This document shows, piece by piece, positions 19,205-28,084 of a stretch of DNA of 64,000 bases (the first letter of the stretch is position 1; each line of letters opens with the position of its first letter). The DNA is from an uncultured Candidatus Micrarchaeota archaeon (GTDB lineage Archaea; Micrarchaeota; Micrarchaeia; Anstonellales; Bilamarchaeaceae), in assembly GCA_963723105.1 (NCBI GenBank), contig CAVRPK010000003.1:9206-73205 (forward strand), given 5' to 3'. Under the pieces are notes generated by a model. It did not search any database and had not been told where the DNA came from. It saw only the letters and a program-made list of their open reading frames with translations. Position numbers and translations under genes: made by a program.

Positions 19205-19337
19205 CCAAACACCCCAATATAATTATGTAAAATAGTTCTTTTAACCTTACGTTTTAACATAAATTGCCATAAATAGTTCCAAACGAGATATGAATAGTTT
19301 AAAAACTAACTGTTCAAATATCACTTTACACTTTATT

Positions 19338-19517
19338 GGGCCCGTAGCTCAGCAAGAAAACTTTTGGAAAAAGTTTTATCAAAACCCAGAAGTTATCCTG
19401 AACCGGTTAGAGCGTTCGACTGATACAAGCTTTTTAGAAAAAAGCTTGACCAAAAACATGGTCTCTAAAAAGCCTTCAGCGATCGAAAGGTCACGAGTTC
19501 AAATCTCGCCGGGCCCA
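19338..19517 (+). tRNA. tRNA-Ile (anticodon GAU) interrupted by two introns (D-loop, approx. 19354-19401; canonical 37/38 site, approx. 19425-19481)
   Basis: Exons GGGCCCGTAGCTCAGC / CCGGTTAGAGCGTTCGACTGATA / ATCGAAAGGTCACGAGTTCAAATCTCGCCGGGCCCA splice into a 75-nt cloverleaf. This has a GGGCCCG/CGGGCCC acceptor stem, a TTCGA-CTGATAA-TCGAA anticodon arm and a TTCAAAT T-loop. Each intron carries a 9-bp A/T hairpin. Intron borders are uncertain by 2 nt. Confidence 0.8.
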
Positions 19518-19526
19518 TTTTCTTAT
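19508..19526 (+). repeat. 19-bp direct repeat, copy 1 (gccgggcccattttcttat), spanning the 3' end of tRNA-Ile
   Basis: Perfect second copy at 20191-20209. Confidence 0.9.
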
Positions 19527-19586
19527 TTTTTCTCAATTCCTTCAACATAAAGAAAGATATAAATCATTAGTTTGAGAAGGATTAAC

Positions 19587-20012
19587 ATGAAGTTTAAACT
19601 AGAGTTCGGGAGTAAATGGTTCTACATTTTCGGCATTCTAGTGGCAGCTCTGTTTTGGCTTCTTTTTTACTTTACCAGCATTATTATATCGGTTGTATTT
19701 GCACCATTATTGATTATTCTTGGAGCTTATCTTGCAATTGCTAAATCAGGCATTGAAAAGGAAAAATGGTACATAATCGCGAATTCTCTCAATGCTTATG
19801 GAATAGCAGCTGGTATTGTGAATGTGCTGTTTTTCTTGATTCTATTGGGTCCTTTTCTTTGGGATAATTTCTTTGAAATCAATGGCTATGTTGCTGCTAT
19901 TGGCGGATTATTCATATTCACGCTGACTTTGGGAGCAATAACCGTTTTTATTTGTTCATTACTTGGAGGATTCGCAGCATTCATACGTTTGAAACATAAG
20001 GTGAAAACATGA
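19587..20012 (+). CDS. Hypothetical polytopic membrane protein
   Basis: About four hydrophobic helices. The ATG at 19587 is preferred over TTG 19572. Confidence 0.55.
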   Translation: MKFKLEFGSKWFYIFGILVAALFWLLFYFTSIIISVVFAPLLIILGAYLAIAKSGIEKEKWYIIANSLNAYGIAAGIVNVLFFLILLGPFLWDNFFEINGYVAAIGGLFIFTLTLGAITVFICSLLGGFAAFIRLKHKVKT

Positions 20013-20035
20013 GATCTGCAAAAAAGAAGTTCGGA

Positions 20036-20061
20036 AAGCAGCAAAACAAAACTGCAAAACT
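20036..20061 (+). repeat. 26-bp direct repeat, copy 1 (aagcagcaaaacaaaactgcaaaact)
   Basis: A second copy with one mismatch lies at 20962-20987. Both sit just after an ATG and encode ...KQQNKTAKL. Confidence 0.8.
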
Positions 20062-20190
20062 CGGAACAGAAAACCGCAGAACTCAAGACATGTCGAAAGA
20101 CACATCTTTCGACGGTCCATTGGTCGCTACAGCGAACCAATTGGACGTAAAACCCACAACACAAAACCCTAAACTGAAAACAGAATTGCT

Positions 20191-20209
20191 GCCGGGCCCA
20201 TTTTCTTAT
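20191..20209 (+). repeat. 19-bp direct repeat, copy 2 (duplicated tRNA-Ile 3' end; att-like)
   Basis: Identical to 19508-19526. No tRNA body precedes it. Confidence 0.9.
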
Positions 20210-20248
20210 CTGCATGAGCCTATGCTAAGCCTTAGGATAAATCTATAT

Positions 20249-20863
20249 CTAACTCAACTGAGTTTCCAAAGCATCTAGTGTATCACGAATATCCCCAATG
20301 GTCTGTTGATACTCTGGTGAGATTAGTTTGTTCTCTGTAATATATTTTTCCATATTTTCAAGATTAGACTTTATCTGAAAAACAGATTCTGACTGATACT
20401 CTTTGAATTTGTCAAACTCATCCAGTTCCTGTTCAGTATTGATGTTCTGACTATCAAGATAATCCTTATTTTCCTCAAGATAATCATCGCAGTTTTCAAG
20501 ATGATTAATGGAATTTTGCAATGTCGTCACATAGTAGTTTGAATGATAAGCATACAAACGGGATTCATCATCAGCGTCACTCAATGACTGAGCATTGTTC
20601 CAATTTTCCACATCTTCATTCATCAAAACCGAATAATTCTTCAGGGTATCTTGATAATATGTGAAACCATCGACACAATAAAAGTATTTCATTACTCTGG
20701 TATCATTCTCAAGATAAGCAGCATTGGATAAACAAGCCTCTTTTGCTACTGAACTATTTAGCAACTCGCAAAATGTTTCAGGTATCTGAGATTCCTGAGG
20801 CTGACTCAAACACCCGAGGGAAAAAATACTTATGAAAAATATTGAAAGAAGAATTTCTCTCAT
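20249..20863 (-). CDS. Hypothetical lipoprotein
   Basis: Signal peptide plus lipobox (FISIFSLGCLSQ). Confidence 0.6.
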   Translation of the reverse strand: MREILLSIFFISIFSLGCLSQPQESQIPETFCELLNSSVAKEACLSNAAYLENDTRVMKYFYCVDGFTYYQDTLKNYSVLMNEDVENWNNAQSLSDADDESRLYAYHSNYYVTTLQNSINHLENCDDYLEENKDYLDSQNINTEQELDEFDKFKEYQSESVFQIKSNLENMEKYITENKLISPEYQQTIGDIRDTLDALETQLS

Positions 20864-20961
20864 GAATGTTCTTCAATCGACAAATGTTATAAATGGATTT
20901 ATCTCTTTCAATAAGATGTTTTTTTTTGGAAAATATGAAATTTACTGGAAAGAATCTCAGC

Positions 20962-20987
20962 AAGCAGCAAAATAAAACTGCAAAACT
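20962..20987 (+). repeat. 26-bp direct repeat, copy 2
   Basis: aagcagcaaaataaaactgcaaaact lies inside an 18-codon mini-ORF (MKFTGKNLSKQQNKTAKL*). Confidence 0.8.
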
Positions 20988-21060
20988 TTGAAGTTCCTCA
21001 TCTACTTTCTTTTCATTACCAATCCCCAATATTTTTATTTCACATCTGCGACTTCTTAAC

Positions 21061-21456
21061 ATGGAATTTGAACTCATCCTCATGGTACTCATTTTCCTGG
21101 TCATTGTTGCTGTTGGAGCTGCAGCTATCATCATGGCAAGGAAGAAAGGTCTGAATGCCATGGAAAAAGATGGCAAGTACCCAAAGGGCCATTACATGGG
21201 AATCGGAATGGCCATGGGAATCCCTCTTGGAATTCCGATCGGTCTTGCTCTTGGAAATATTTCTCTTGGTCCTGCAATCGGCGCTGGTTTTGGCCTTGTA
21301 TTTGGAGCTGCTCTTGAAGAAAAATACAAAGACAAACTAAGGCCACTTACTGAAGAAGAAAAAGAGAACAAGAAAAAGCTCATGCTCATCACCATAGGAA
21401 TTCTTTTGCTTGGGGCTCTTGTATTCTTAGCATTTTTCCTAACTCAAGGCAGCTAA
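21061..21456 (+). CDS. Hypothetical membrane protein with a glycine-zipper segment
   Basis: N- and C-terminal TM helices. The central region reads GIGMAMGIPLGIPIGLALGNISLGPAIGAGFGLVFGAA. Confidence 0.6.
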   Translation: MEFELILMVLIFLVIVAVGAAAIIMARKKGLNAMEKDGKYPKGHYMGIGMAMGIPLGIPIGLALGNISLGPAIGAGFGLVFGAALEEKYKDKLRPLTEEEKENKKKLMLITIGILLLGALVFLAFFLTQGS

Positions 21457-21502
21457 ACATAAGTTAATAGCTATTGATGAAATTATCTGTCAAGGTGAAA
21501 AT

Positions 21503-21898
21503 ATGAAATACTTAATCATGTTTGCAGTTCTTTTGTTTGCAGGATGCGTAACTGAAACTTCAGAAGAAAATACAAATACTAATACTGTTAGTGTCGGATC
21601 TAGCCAACCAACTGGTGGTGAGGATAAAAGCGGAACAATAACAACCGGAAGCTTTGAGCAGTGCATAGACCAATGCTCATCCGGAATTGGCAGCGGTGAA
21701 TACTGCGAGGATGGCTGCAGATTCGAAAAAGCAGAAAATACCAAGGATGTATCAGTCTGCCATGAGCTTGATCAAAAAGACAGTATTCCTGAGTGCTATG
21801 GCACCGTTGCAATTGCAGCCGGGGATATCAAGATTTGTGATCAGTTAGCTGAGCAGGAAGATCGGAACCACTGCGTAGCAGCATTTTCTCCTAGATAA
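21503..21898 (+). CDS. Hypothetical Cys-rich lipoprotein
   Basis: Lipobox LLFAGCVTE. The mature part contains 8 Cys. Confidence 0.6.
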   Translation: MKYLIMFAVLLFAGCVTETSEENTNTNTVSVGSSQPTGGEDKSGTITTGSFEQCIDQCSSGIGSGEYCEDGCRFEKAENTKDVSVCHELDQKDSIPECYGTVAIAAGDIKICDQLAEQEDRNHCVAAFSPR

Positions 21899-21920
21899 TT
21901 TATTTTTTTCAATTTTTTTA

Positions 21921-22610
21921 TTACAAGTGTTTTAACTTGAATTTAATCAGACTAACGCCCATCATAAATCCATCTCTAATAAGATTGAATTTGGATGTTC
22001 CAGCTTCATTCCATTCAATTGGGATTTCTTTTATTCTCAGTTTCTTCCATTGGGCTCTAACTAAAAATTCAGCATCAAAGAACCACATTTGATCATCTAT
22101 TTTTTCAAAAATACCAACTGCTTCTTTTCTTCTAAATGCCTTGAACCCGCACTGGTGATCTGAGATTTTTGACCCCAAAAGAAGGCGCACCAGCCAGTTG
22201 AAGCATCTGCTTGCAACATGCCTGAAAAAATCCCTTGATGTTTTTGATCCCTCAAGATACCTGGATGCAACCACAATGTCTGCTCCTTCTTTGATAGGTT
22301 CAATTAGTTTTTCTAAAAATTTAGGCTCTGATGCAAGATCTGCATCCATAAAGATTATGATATCTCCAGTTGCAAATTTTGCTGATCTGATGATTGATGC
22401 TCCTTTTCCCAATCTTTTTTTACTATGAAGAAGCCTGATTTGTTCATTCTCGAGCCTTTTTGCAATCTCAACTGTTTTATCAGTGCTTCCATCTTCACTG
22501 ATAATTATCTCTGTTTTTTCAGGTATTTTGGCAAGTATTCGCTCAATCTGTTTAACTGTGGCCTCCAGTACCTTCTCTTCATTGTAAACTGGGAGGATTA
22601 CAGAGATCAT
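21921..22610 (-). CDS. Family 2 glycosyltransferase (dolichyl-phosphate hexose synthase-like)
   Basis: ISVILPVYNEE...ISEDGSTDKT...IIFMDADL. Confidence 0.85.
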   Translation of the reverse strand: MISVILPVYNEEKVLEATVKQIERILAKIPEKTEIIISEDGSTDKTVEIAKRLENEQIRLLHSKKRLGKGASIIRSAKFATGDIIIFMDADLASEPKFLEKLIEPIKEGADIVVASRYLEGSKTSRDFFRHVASRCFNWLVRLLLGSKISDHQCGFKAFRRKEAVGIFEKIDDQMWFFDAEFLVRAQWKKLRIKEIPIEWNEAGTSKFNLIRDGFMMGVSLIKFKLKHL

Positions 22611-22668
22611 ATGGTTATATCATTTGATTATGGCTTAATAAATTGTCCGTATGCCATACCTCTCAAAA

Positions 22669-23436
22669 TCAGCTTATTTTTCCAAGAACTGTTGCAATGG
22701 TCTCCAAAGTCTTGAGAATCAAAATCCCCATCATAAGAATTGGCTTGCTATAGAATCTCTTATTTGCAAAAAATAATTTCAATCTATAAAAAACGCTTGT
22801 GTGTTTGGATCTTGTTGCAGTTTTTCCATAATAATATTTTTTCTTAAGCCATTTTCCAAGTTTAAATCCTTCTTCATGGTGTAATATCTCAGATTTAATC
22901 CTTACTCTGGTGCCAAATCCAAGTTTTTCGATTTTCTCAGGTAGAGCTGCTTCTTCAAAAAATACCACTTCCTCACCGAATCCGCCGGCTTTCCTTACTG
23001 TTTCCAATCTGAAAAATCTTGCTGATTCAATTATGCTTCCAGAATAAAAACTGCGTTCATAGTCTCTGACTTTGACCCAGAATGATTTTCCAATGCTTCT
23101 CTCTGGAATAATCACGCCTCCAGTTTTTGGGCTCATCCTCTCTACACATTCTTGGATTACATGTTTCTCCAGTTCCATATCTGAATCAATAAAACAGATA
23201 TATTCTCCTTTGGCATTAGCTATCCCGATATTCTTTGCCTTGGCCCTCTCTCCTTTATCCAAAATTACTTTGGCAGAATATTTTTTTGCAATTTTTCCTG
23301 TTTTATCATGGGAAAACTTATCAACAACAATAATTTCTATTTTCTCATAACTTTGTCCTTTGATGGACTCTAGACATCTGGAAATTTCCTTCTCACTATT
23401 GAATGTAGGAATTACTACAGAGACAAGCTCTCCCAT
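22669..23436 (-). CDS. Family 2 glycosyltransferase
   Basis: VSVVIPTFNSEKEI...IIVVDKFSHDKT...CFIDSDMEL. Confidence 0.85.
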   Translation of the reverse strand: MGELVSVVIPTFNSEKEISRCLESIKGQSYEKIEIIVVDKFSHDKTGKIAKKYSAKVILDKGERAKAKNIGIANAKGEYICFIDSDMELEKHVIQECVERMSPKTGGVIIPERSIGKSFWVKVRDYERSFYSGSIIESARFFRLETVRKAGGFGEEVVFFEEAALPEKIEKLGFGTRVRIKSEILHHEEGFKLGKWLKKKYYYGKTATRSKHTSVFYRLKLFFANKRFYSKPILMMGILILKTLETIATVLGKIS

Positions 23437-23506
23437 GATCAGAATTGGTCTTCTGTTTTTTTATGCCTTTCTTATGTTTTAAAAACTAATCTTGAATTAT
23501 TACCCC

Positions 23507-24208
23507 ATGCCTAAAACTGATGGAAAAGCAATAACATTGTTTCTCAATGATTTTGTTAATCAGCTGACCTCTATCTATCCTTCTGAAATACACCATATCA
23601 TATTAGCTGGAAGCGCATCCCGGGGGGATTTTGTACCAGGCAAAAGCGATCTTGATATGGGCATAATCATCAAGGAAACAAAAAATGTTGTCAAGGTTAA
23701 GAAGTCTGCTCTTGAAATCTTTTGGAAGCTTGATGCGAAGCAAAATATGAAATTTAAACAATCTCTTAAAACTCCAAATGGGCAGAAGCCTCCATTTGAT
23801 GTTGTTGGGCCTGAAGGAAAACCCAAAAAACGAGATTTGTTCGCACTAATCTCTCCATTTTTCGGATATCAAAGGGCAATGCTCCAACATACTGTTCGCT
23901 ATGGAAAAATTCTCTATGGAGATGATTCCACTATCAAGCTCTTCAAAAAATTATATTCGGAATGGGGCCTTTTCAAAATCTTCTTTTCATACGACTTGTT
24001 TCTCTCAATATTTTCTGTTTTTTCTTTTTTCATAGATCCAGATCAATCATTAAGAAGATCAACACGTGCTCTTCTCTATACATTCGAGGATGATCTCTCC
24101 CACCCATTATTCAAGAAAGCAAGTCTAACAAGGCTTAATTTTGACAAGATCATCAAGGAATGGTCTGTTATGGAGAAAGTTCTCATTTTGTCTATCTGTT
24201 CCGTTTAG
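23507..24208 (+). CDS. Nucleotidyltransferase-domain (Pol-beta superfamily) protein
   Basis: ILAGSASRGDFVPGKSDLDMGIII matches the GS-x9-12-(D/E)xD pattern. The ATG at 23507 is preferred over TTG 23492. Confidence 0.62.
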   Translation: MPKTDGKAITLFLNDFVNQLTSIYPSEIHHIILAGSASRGDFVPGKSDLDMGIIIKETKNVVKVKKSALEIFWKLDAKQNMKFKQSLKTPNGQKPPFDVVGPEGKPKKRDLFALISPFFGYQRAMLQHTVRYGKILYGDDSTIKLFKKLYSEWGLFKIFFSYDLFLSIFSVFSFFIDPDQSLRRSTRALLYTFEDDLSHPLFKKASLTRLNFDKIIKEWSVMEKVLILSICSV

Positions 24209-24308
24209 TGTTCTCTCAAAACTAATCTCAGAAGTGCGAAAAAGGTTCAAAATTATTTTTTAGGACGATTCAGACTTTTATTAATCATTTTCATTCATCC
24301 TATTTCTT

Positions 24309-25520
24309 ATGCGACTTCCCTATGTTCTCTGGCGGATTCTTGAACTTAAAAGAAACCAGTGGAAAAGCCAGGATGAATTTGAAGAAATGCAGCAGGAGCA
24401 ATTAGTAAAGCTTGCAGATCACGCTTCACTAAATGTCCCATACTACAAGAATTTGAAAATCCGGGATATTGATGATCTGGCAGATCTTCCATCTCTAACC
24501 AGATCTGATTTTCTCAAAAATAAAGACTCTCTTATCAGCAGGACTGCCAATATGAATGACCTGATTGTAAGAAAAACTTCCGGATCATCCGGAACACCTA
24601 TGAAGGTTCTTATTGATTCAAAAGAGAATATATATAGAAGCGCAAATAGCTATTATGCATTTTCTGAAGCTGGCATGAACCTATTAGATGATGTGGTGTT
24701 TATCTCCCATGCATTAAGTTCGCCGCCAAGGTCTGCTTTTGTCAACTATCATTTCTTTGATATCCTGGAAACTGAAAGGGATCTGCTGCGCCAAATAAAA
24801 AAAATCAATCCAAATATCCTTTGGGCGTATCCAAGTATTTTGGTTCTTCTTGCAAACAGAAATCAGAAGGAATCCTTCAATATCTCAATACCTCGGATAT
24901 TTACTCAGGCAGAAATTCTTTCAGCTACTGCAAGAGAGCTACTAAAGCGTTCCTTTAATTCAGAGATCCGCGATTTTTATGCTTCTATGGAATTTGGAAG
25001 AATTGCATGGGAATGCGAAGAAGGAAGCATGCATTTGCTTTCAGATTCAATGATTGCAGAGGTTCTGGATCCTAGCGGAAAACCAATAAAAAATGGAAAA
25101 CCTGGGAGACTGGTCCTGACTCAACTCTTCAAATATGCAATGCCACTAATTCGCTATGAAATTGGAGATGAAGTTTCCATTGGAACAAAGTGCAAGTGCG
25201 GAAGGGGATCCCATGTCCTTTCATCAATCAAAGGCAGGCTTAATGTCCATGTAGTTCTGCCTAGCGGAAACCTTTATCCAGCAACATTCGTAGATACACT
25301 TCTTCGAAACCTTCCAAATGTTCTTGAATTCCAAATAGTTCAAAAGTCCAGGGACCTTCTGCTCATCAATGTAATAGAGTCAAAACCAATTGATCCTCAT
25401 CAAATCGCAAAAGCAATCAATCTAGCAATGCCAGAGTCCATGGATATAGAGGTTGCTTTTGTTGATTCAATCAAAAGAGAAAAGTCCGGAAAATTTTCTC
25501 ATTTTATCTCTGAATTATAA
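24309..25520 (+). CDS. PaaK/F390-synthetase/CapK-like adenylate-forming ligase (paralog 2)
   Basis: RKTSGSSGTPMKV, KCKCGRGSHVLSSIKGR and C-terminal EKSGKFS. Confidence 0.85.
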   Translation: MRLPYVLWRILELKRNQWKSQDEFEEMQQEQLVKLADHASLNVPYYKNLKIRDIDDLADLPSLTRSDFLKNKDSLISRTANMNDLIVRKTSGSSGTPMKVLIDSKENIYRSANSYYAFSEAGMNLLDDVVFISHALSSPPRSAFVNYHFFDILETERDLLRQIKKINPNILWAYPSILVLLANRNQKESFNISIPRIFTQAEILSATARELLKRSFNSEIRDFYASMEFGRIAWECEEGSMHLLSDSMIAEVLDPSGKPIKNGKPGRLVLTQLFKYAMPLIRYEIGDEVSIGTKCKCGRGSHVLSSIKGRLNVHVVLPSGNLYPATFVDTLLRNLPNVLEFQIVQKSRDLLLINVIESKPIDPHQIAKAINLAMPESMDIEVAFVDSIKREKSGKFSHFISEL

Positions 25521-25568
25521 CTCGTCAAACACACCAGCATTTTAAATTTCATCATTCATAGCCTAATT

Positions 25569-26829
25569 ATGGACTCCTCCTTTTTTCAAAGGCTGAAAAT
25601 CTTTCTTTCTATAAGGCAGCAGCAATGGCAGTCCAAAGAAGATCTTGAAAAGACTACAGAAGAAAAAATTGCTCGAATACTCATGCATTCAGCAGGAAAA
25701 ACCAAATTTTATGAGAAGTGTTCTCAAGCTTCAGAACCAATGATCTGATTGAGATCTATCTCAATTTCCCATAACTACTAAAGCAGATCTCGCAAGAGCA
25801 CCAGAGGATTTTATCAGAAGTGATCTGGACAAATCAAGACTCAGAGTAGAAACCACATCCGGCTCAACAGGCATTCCAAAAAAACTTTTTTTTGATTCAT
25901 ATACTACTAATTATCGTGCTGCCCTTCTTGCCATGATACAGCTTGAATTTGGCAGAAGCCCATTTGATCTTTATGCAGAAGTCTCGCTAAAGACTCCTCC
26001 TCCATTTCCTCTTTCATCACTAGGTCTTTATAGAAAATTATATCTTCCTCTTCTTGATGATGAAGAAAAGACATTTTCAACCCTGAAATCCAGAAAGCCT
26101 GATATTCTTGCCTGGTATCCCTCAATGCTCACAATGATGGCAAAGATAAACAATGACAATGGAAATCCACTCAAGCTCAAAAAAGCATTTTCTGGTGGGG
26201 AACTACTAACCGGTCCATCAAGAAAGCTGATAGGAGATTCTTTTTCCTGTTCTGTGTTCAACCAATATGCTGCAACTGAAGTTGGTGCAATAGCATTTGA
26301 ATGTCCGGAAGAGCACAGTTTTCATGTAAACTCAAATTCTGTTCTTGTTGAGATTGTTGATGATCGTGGAAGGCCAAAGAAAAAAGGAGTAGGGAGAATC
26401 ATCATCACCAGCCTGATTAACCATGCTATGCCTCTGATTCGCTATGATATTGGCGATCTTGGAAGTTGGGGCAAGGAATGTTCATGTGGGCGTTGTTTGC
26501 CAGTTTTAGATTCAATAGACGGAAGAGCTGATGATTTAGTTGTTCTTCCAAGCGGCAAAATCAGATCAGCACGTCACATCATCCCGCTTGATTTTCTGGA
26601 CTCTATCAAAAAATATCAGATCATCCAGGAATCTGAAAATTTGTTTACATTCAGATATGTTCCAACTAAAGCTTCTCTTTCAAAGAACGCAGAAAAATAT
26701 TTTGAAAATCAGATCCGCACTGGTTGCCTTGGCGAGGATATTCATGTGGATTTTGAATCTGTTGATTGTATAAAACGTGAAAAAAGCGGAAAGCTGAGGA
26801 AAGTTATTTCTAAGCTCACAAAGAAATAA
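25569..26829 (+). pseudogene. PaaK/F390-synthetase-like ligase (paralog 3), disrupted by at least two lesions
   Basis: The N-terminal frame (MDSSFFQRLK...KTKFYEK) closes at TGA 25746-25748. The homologous continuation (DLSQFPITTKADL...TTSGSTGIPKK...CSCGRC...EKSGKLRK) is in the +1 frame and only opens at 25753, after in-frame TGAs at 25741 and 25750. Confidence 0.75.
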
Positions 26830-26875
26830 TATTATAATAAGGAAACCAGATAGTCTAGTTATTGAAGGTGGGAGA

Positions 26876-28084
26876 ATGCTGGAATTATCAATGATGCTTG
26901 CGAAGTTAAAGCTGAATCAATGGAAAAGCGAGGATGAATTCAAGCTGATCCAGGAGCAGAAATTCAAGGAGCTTTTTTCCTATGCTAAAGCACATTCCCC
27001 TTACTATCGAAAAACTCTGAAAGATTGCACTTTTTCTAGTCTTGAGGATCTTCCAAATCTTCCACTAACCATGAAAAAACCACTACAGAGCTCTCCAGAT
27101 GAGTTTCTAAGCTCAAAGTTCACTAAAAAATCTCTTATCAAATCTTCAAGCTCAGGATCTACTGGGGCTCCAGTAGACATTTATCATGATAAGAGCGAGG
27201 CTCATTTTGGTCCAGGTTTTGAGCTTCATCAGTTTACTGAAGCTGGAGTAACTCCATTTGACAGCCAGATTCGTATAACCCACAATGATTACAAGCAAAA
27301 TTTCCTCCAGAAACTTGGCATCTTCAGAAGAAAACACCTTCCTTTTTCCAATTCGCCGAAAAAAAATCTTCAAATCATAAAGCATGGGCCGAAGAAAGTT
27401 CTGATTGGCTTTACCTCTGTTTTACTTCCTCTTGCAAGAGCAAATCTGGAGACTCGCGCAAAAGCAAAAATAGTTTTTACTTCTGGGGAAGTGCTCTCTG
27501 AATCGGATCGTAAATTAATCAGCGAATCTTTCTCCTGTCCTGTTCGGGACATGTATGGATGCGTTGAAACTTCCTGGATTGCATGGGAATGCGAAGAAGG
27601 CAATATGCACCTGTTTTCTGATTATCTGACTGCTGAAATTGTGGATGATCAGTATCGTCCCACAAAAGGCTATGGAAACATAGTAGTCACTCCACTCTGG
27701 AAACGATCCATGCCTCTTATTCGCTATTTCCTTACTGATCAGACTGCTATAGCAAAAAGGTGCAAATGCGGAAGAGGCTCTACTGTTATCAAACCAATAA
27801 TCGGAAGGGATGATGATTTCATTGTTCTAAAAAATGGTTCAAAACTTTCTCCTGCTGTCATCTCCTGTGCATTGAATGATGTTAAGGTTAAGGAGTATCA
27901 AATAGTGCAAAATGCAATTGATGATTTTGTCTTCAAATATGTTCCAGCCAATGGGCTTAACATCGCCAATCTCAAGGAAATTTTCAAAGATCAAATCGGT
28001 GATGCACATATAGAATTTGAGGAATTGGAAAAAATTAGCTGTACTAAGACAGGCAAGAGGAAAAAAATCATCACCAGGATCTAA
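26876..28084 (+). CDS. PaaK/F390-synthetase/CapK-like adenylate-forming ligase (paralog 4)
   Basis: SSSSGSTGAPVDI, RCKCGRGSTVIKPIIGRDDD and C-terminal TKTGKRKK. Confidence 0.85.
   Translation: MLELSMMLAKLKLNQWKSEDEFKLIQEQKFKELFSYAKAHSPYYRKTLKDCTFSSLEDLPNLPLTMKKPLQSSPDEFLSSKFTKKSLIKSSSSGSTGAPVDIYHDKSEAHFGPGFELHQFTEAGVTPFDSQIRITHNDYKQNFLQKLGIFRRKHLPFSNSPKKNLQIIKHGPKKVLIGFTSVLLPLARANLETRAKAKIVFTSGEVLSESDRKLISESFSCPVRDMYGCVETSWIAWECEEGNMHLFSDYLTAEIVDDQYRPTKGYGNIVVTPLWKRSMPLIRYFLTDQTAIAKRCKCGRGSTVIKPIIGRDDDFIVLKNGSKLSPAVISCALNDVKVKEYQIVQNAIDDFVFKYVPANGLNIANLKEIFKDQIGDAHIEFEELEKISCTKTGKRKKIITRI

Noticed and set aside
20009-20278. 89-aa ORF as a real basic protein gene
   Set aside because: It is low-complexity, runs through the att-like repeat and overlaps the 3' end of the convergent lipoprotein gene. 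Its 5' part is duplicated as a stump at 20946. I treat it as a probable remnant and do not annotate it as a CDS.
25741-25752. TGA read as a sense codon (alternative genetic code) to rescue the ligase pseudogene
   Set aside because: TGA terminates well-defined genes in this window, including the GNAT gene, rps12, orc1 and cassette gene A2. A frameshift would still be required as well.
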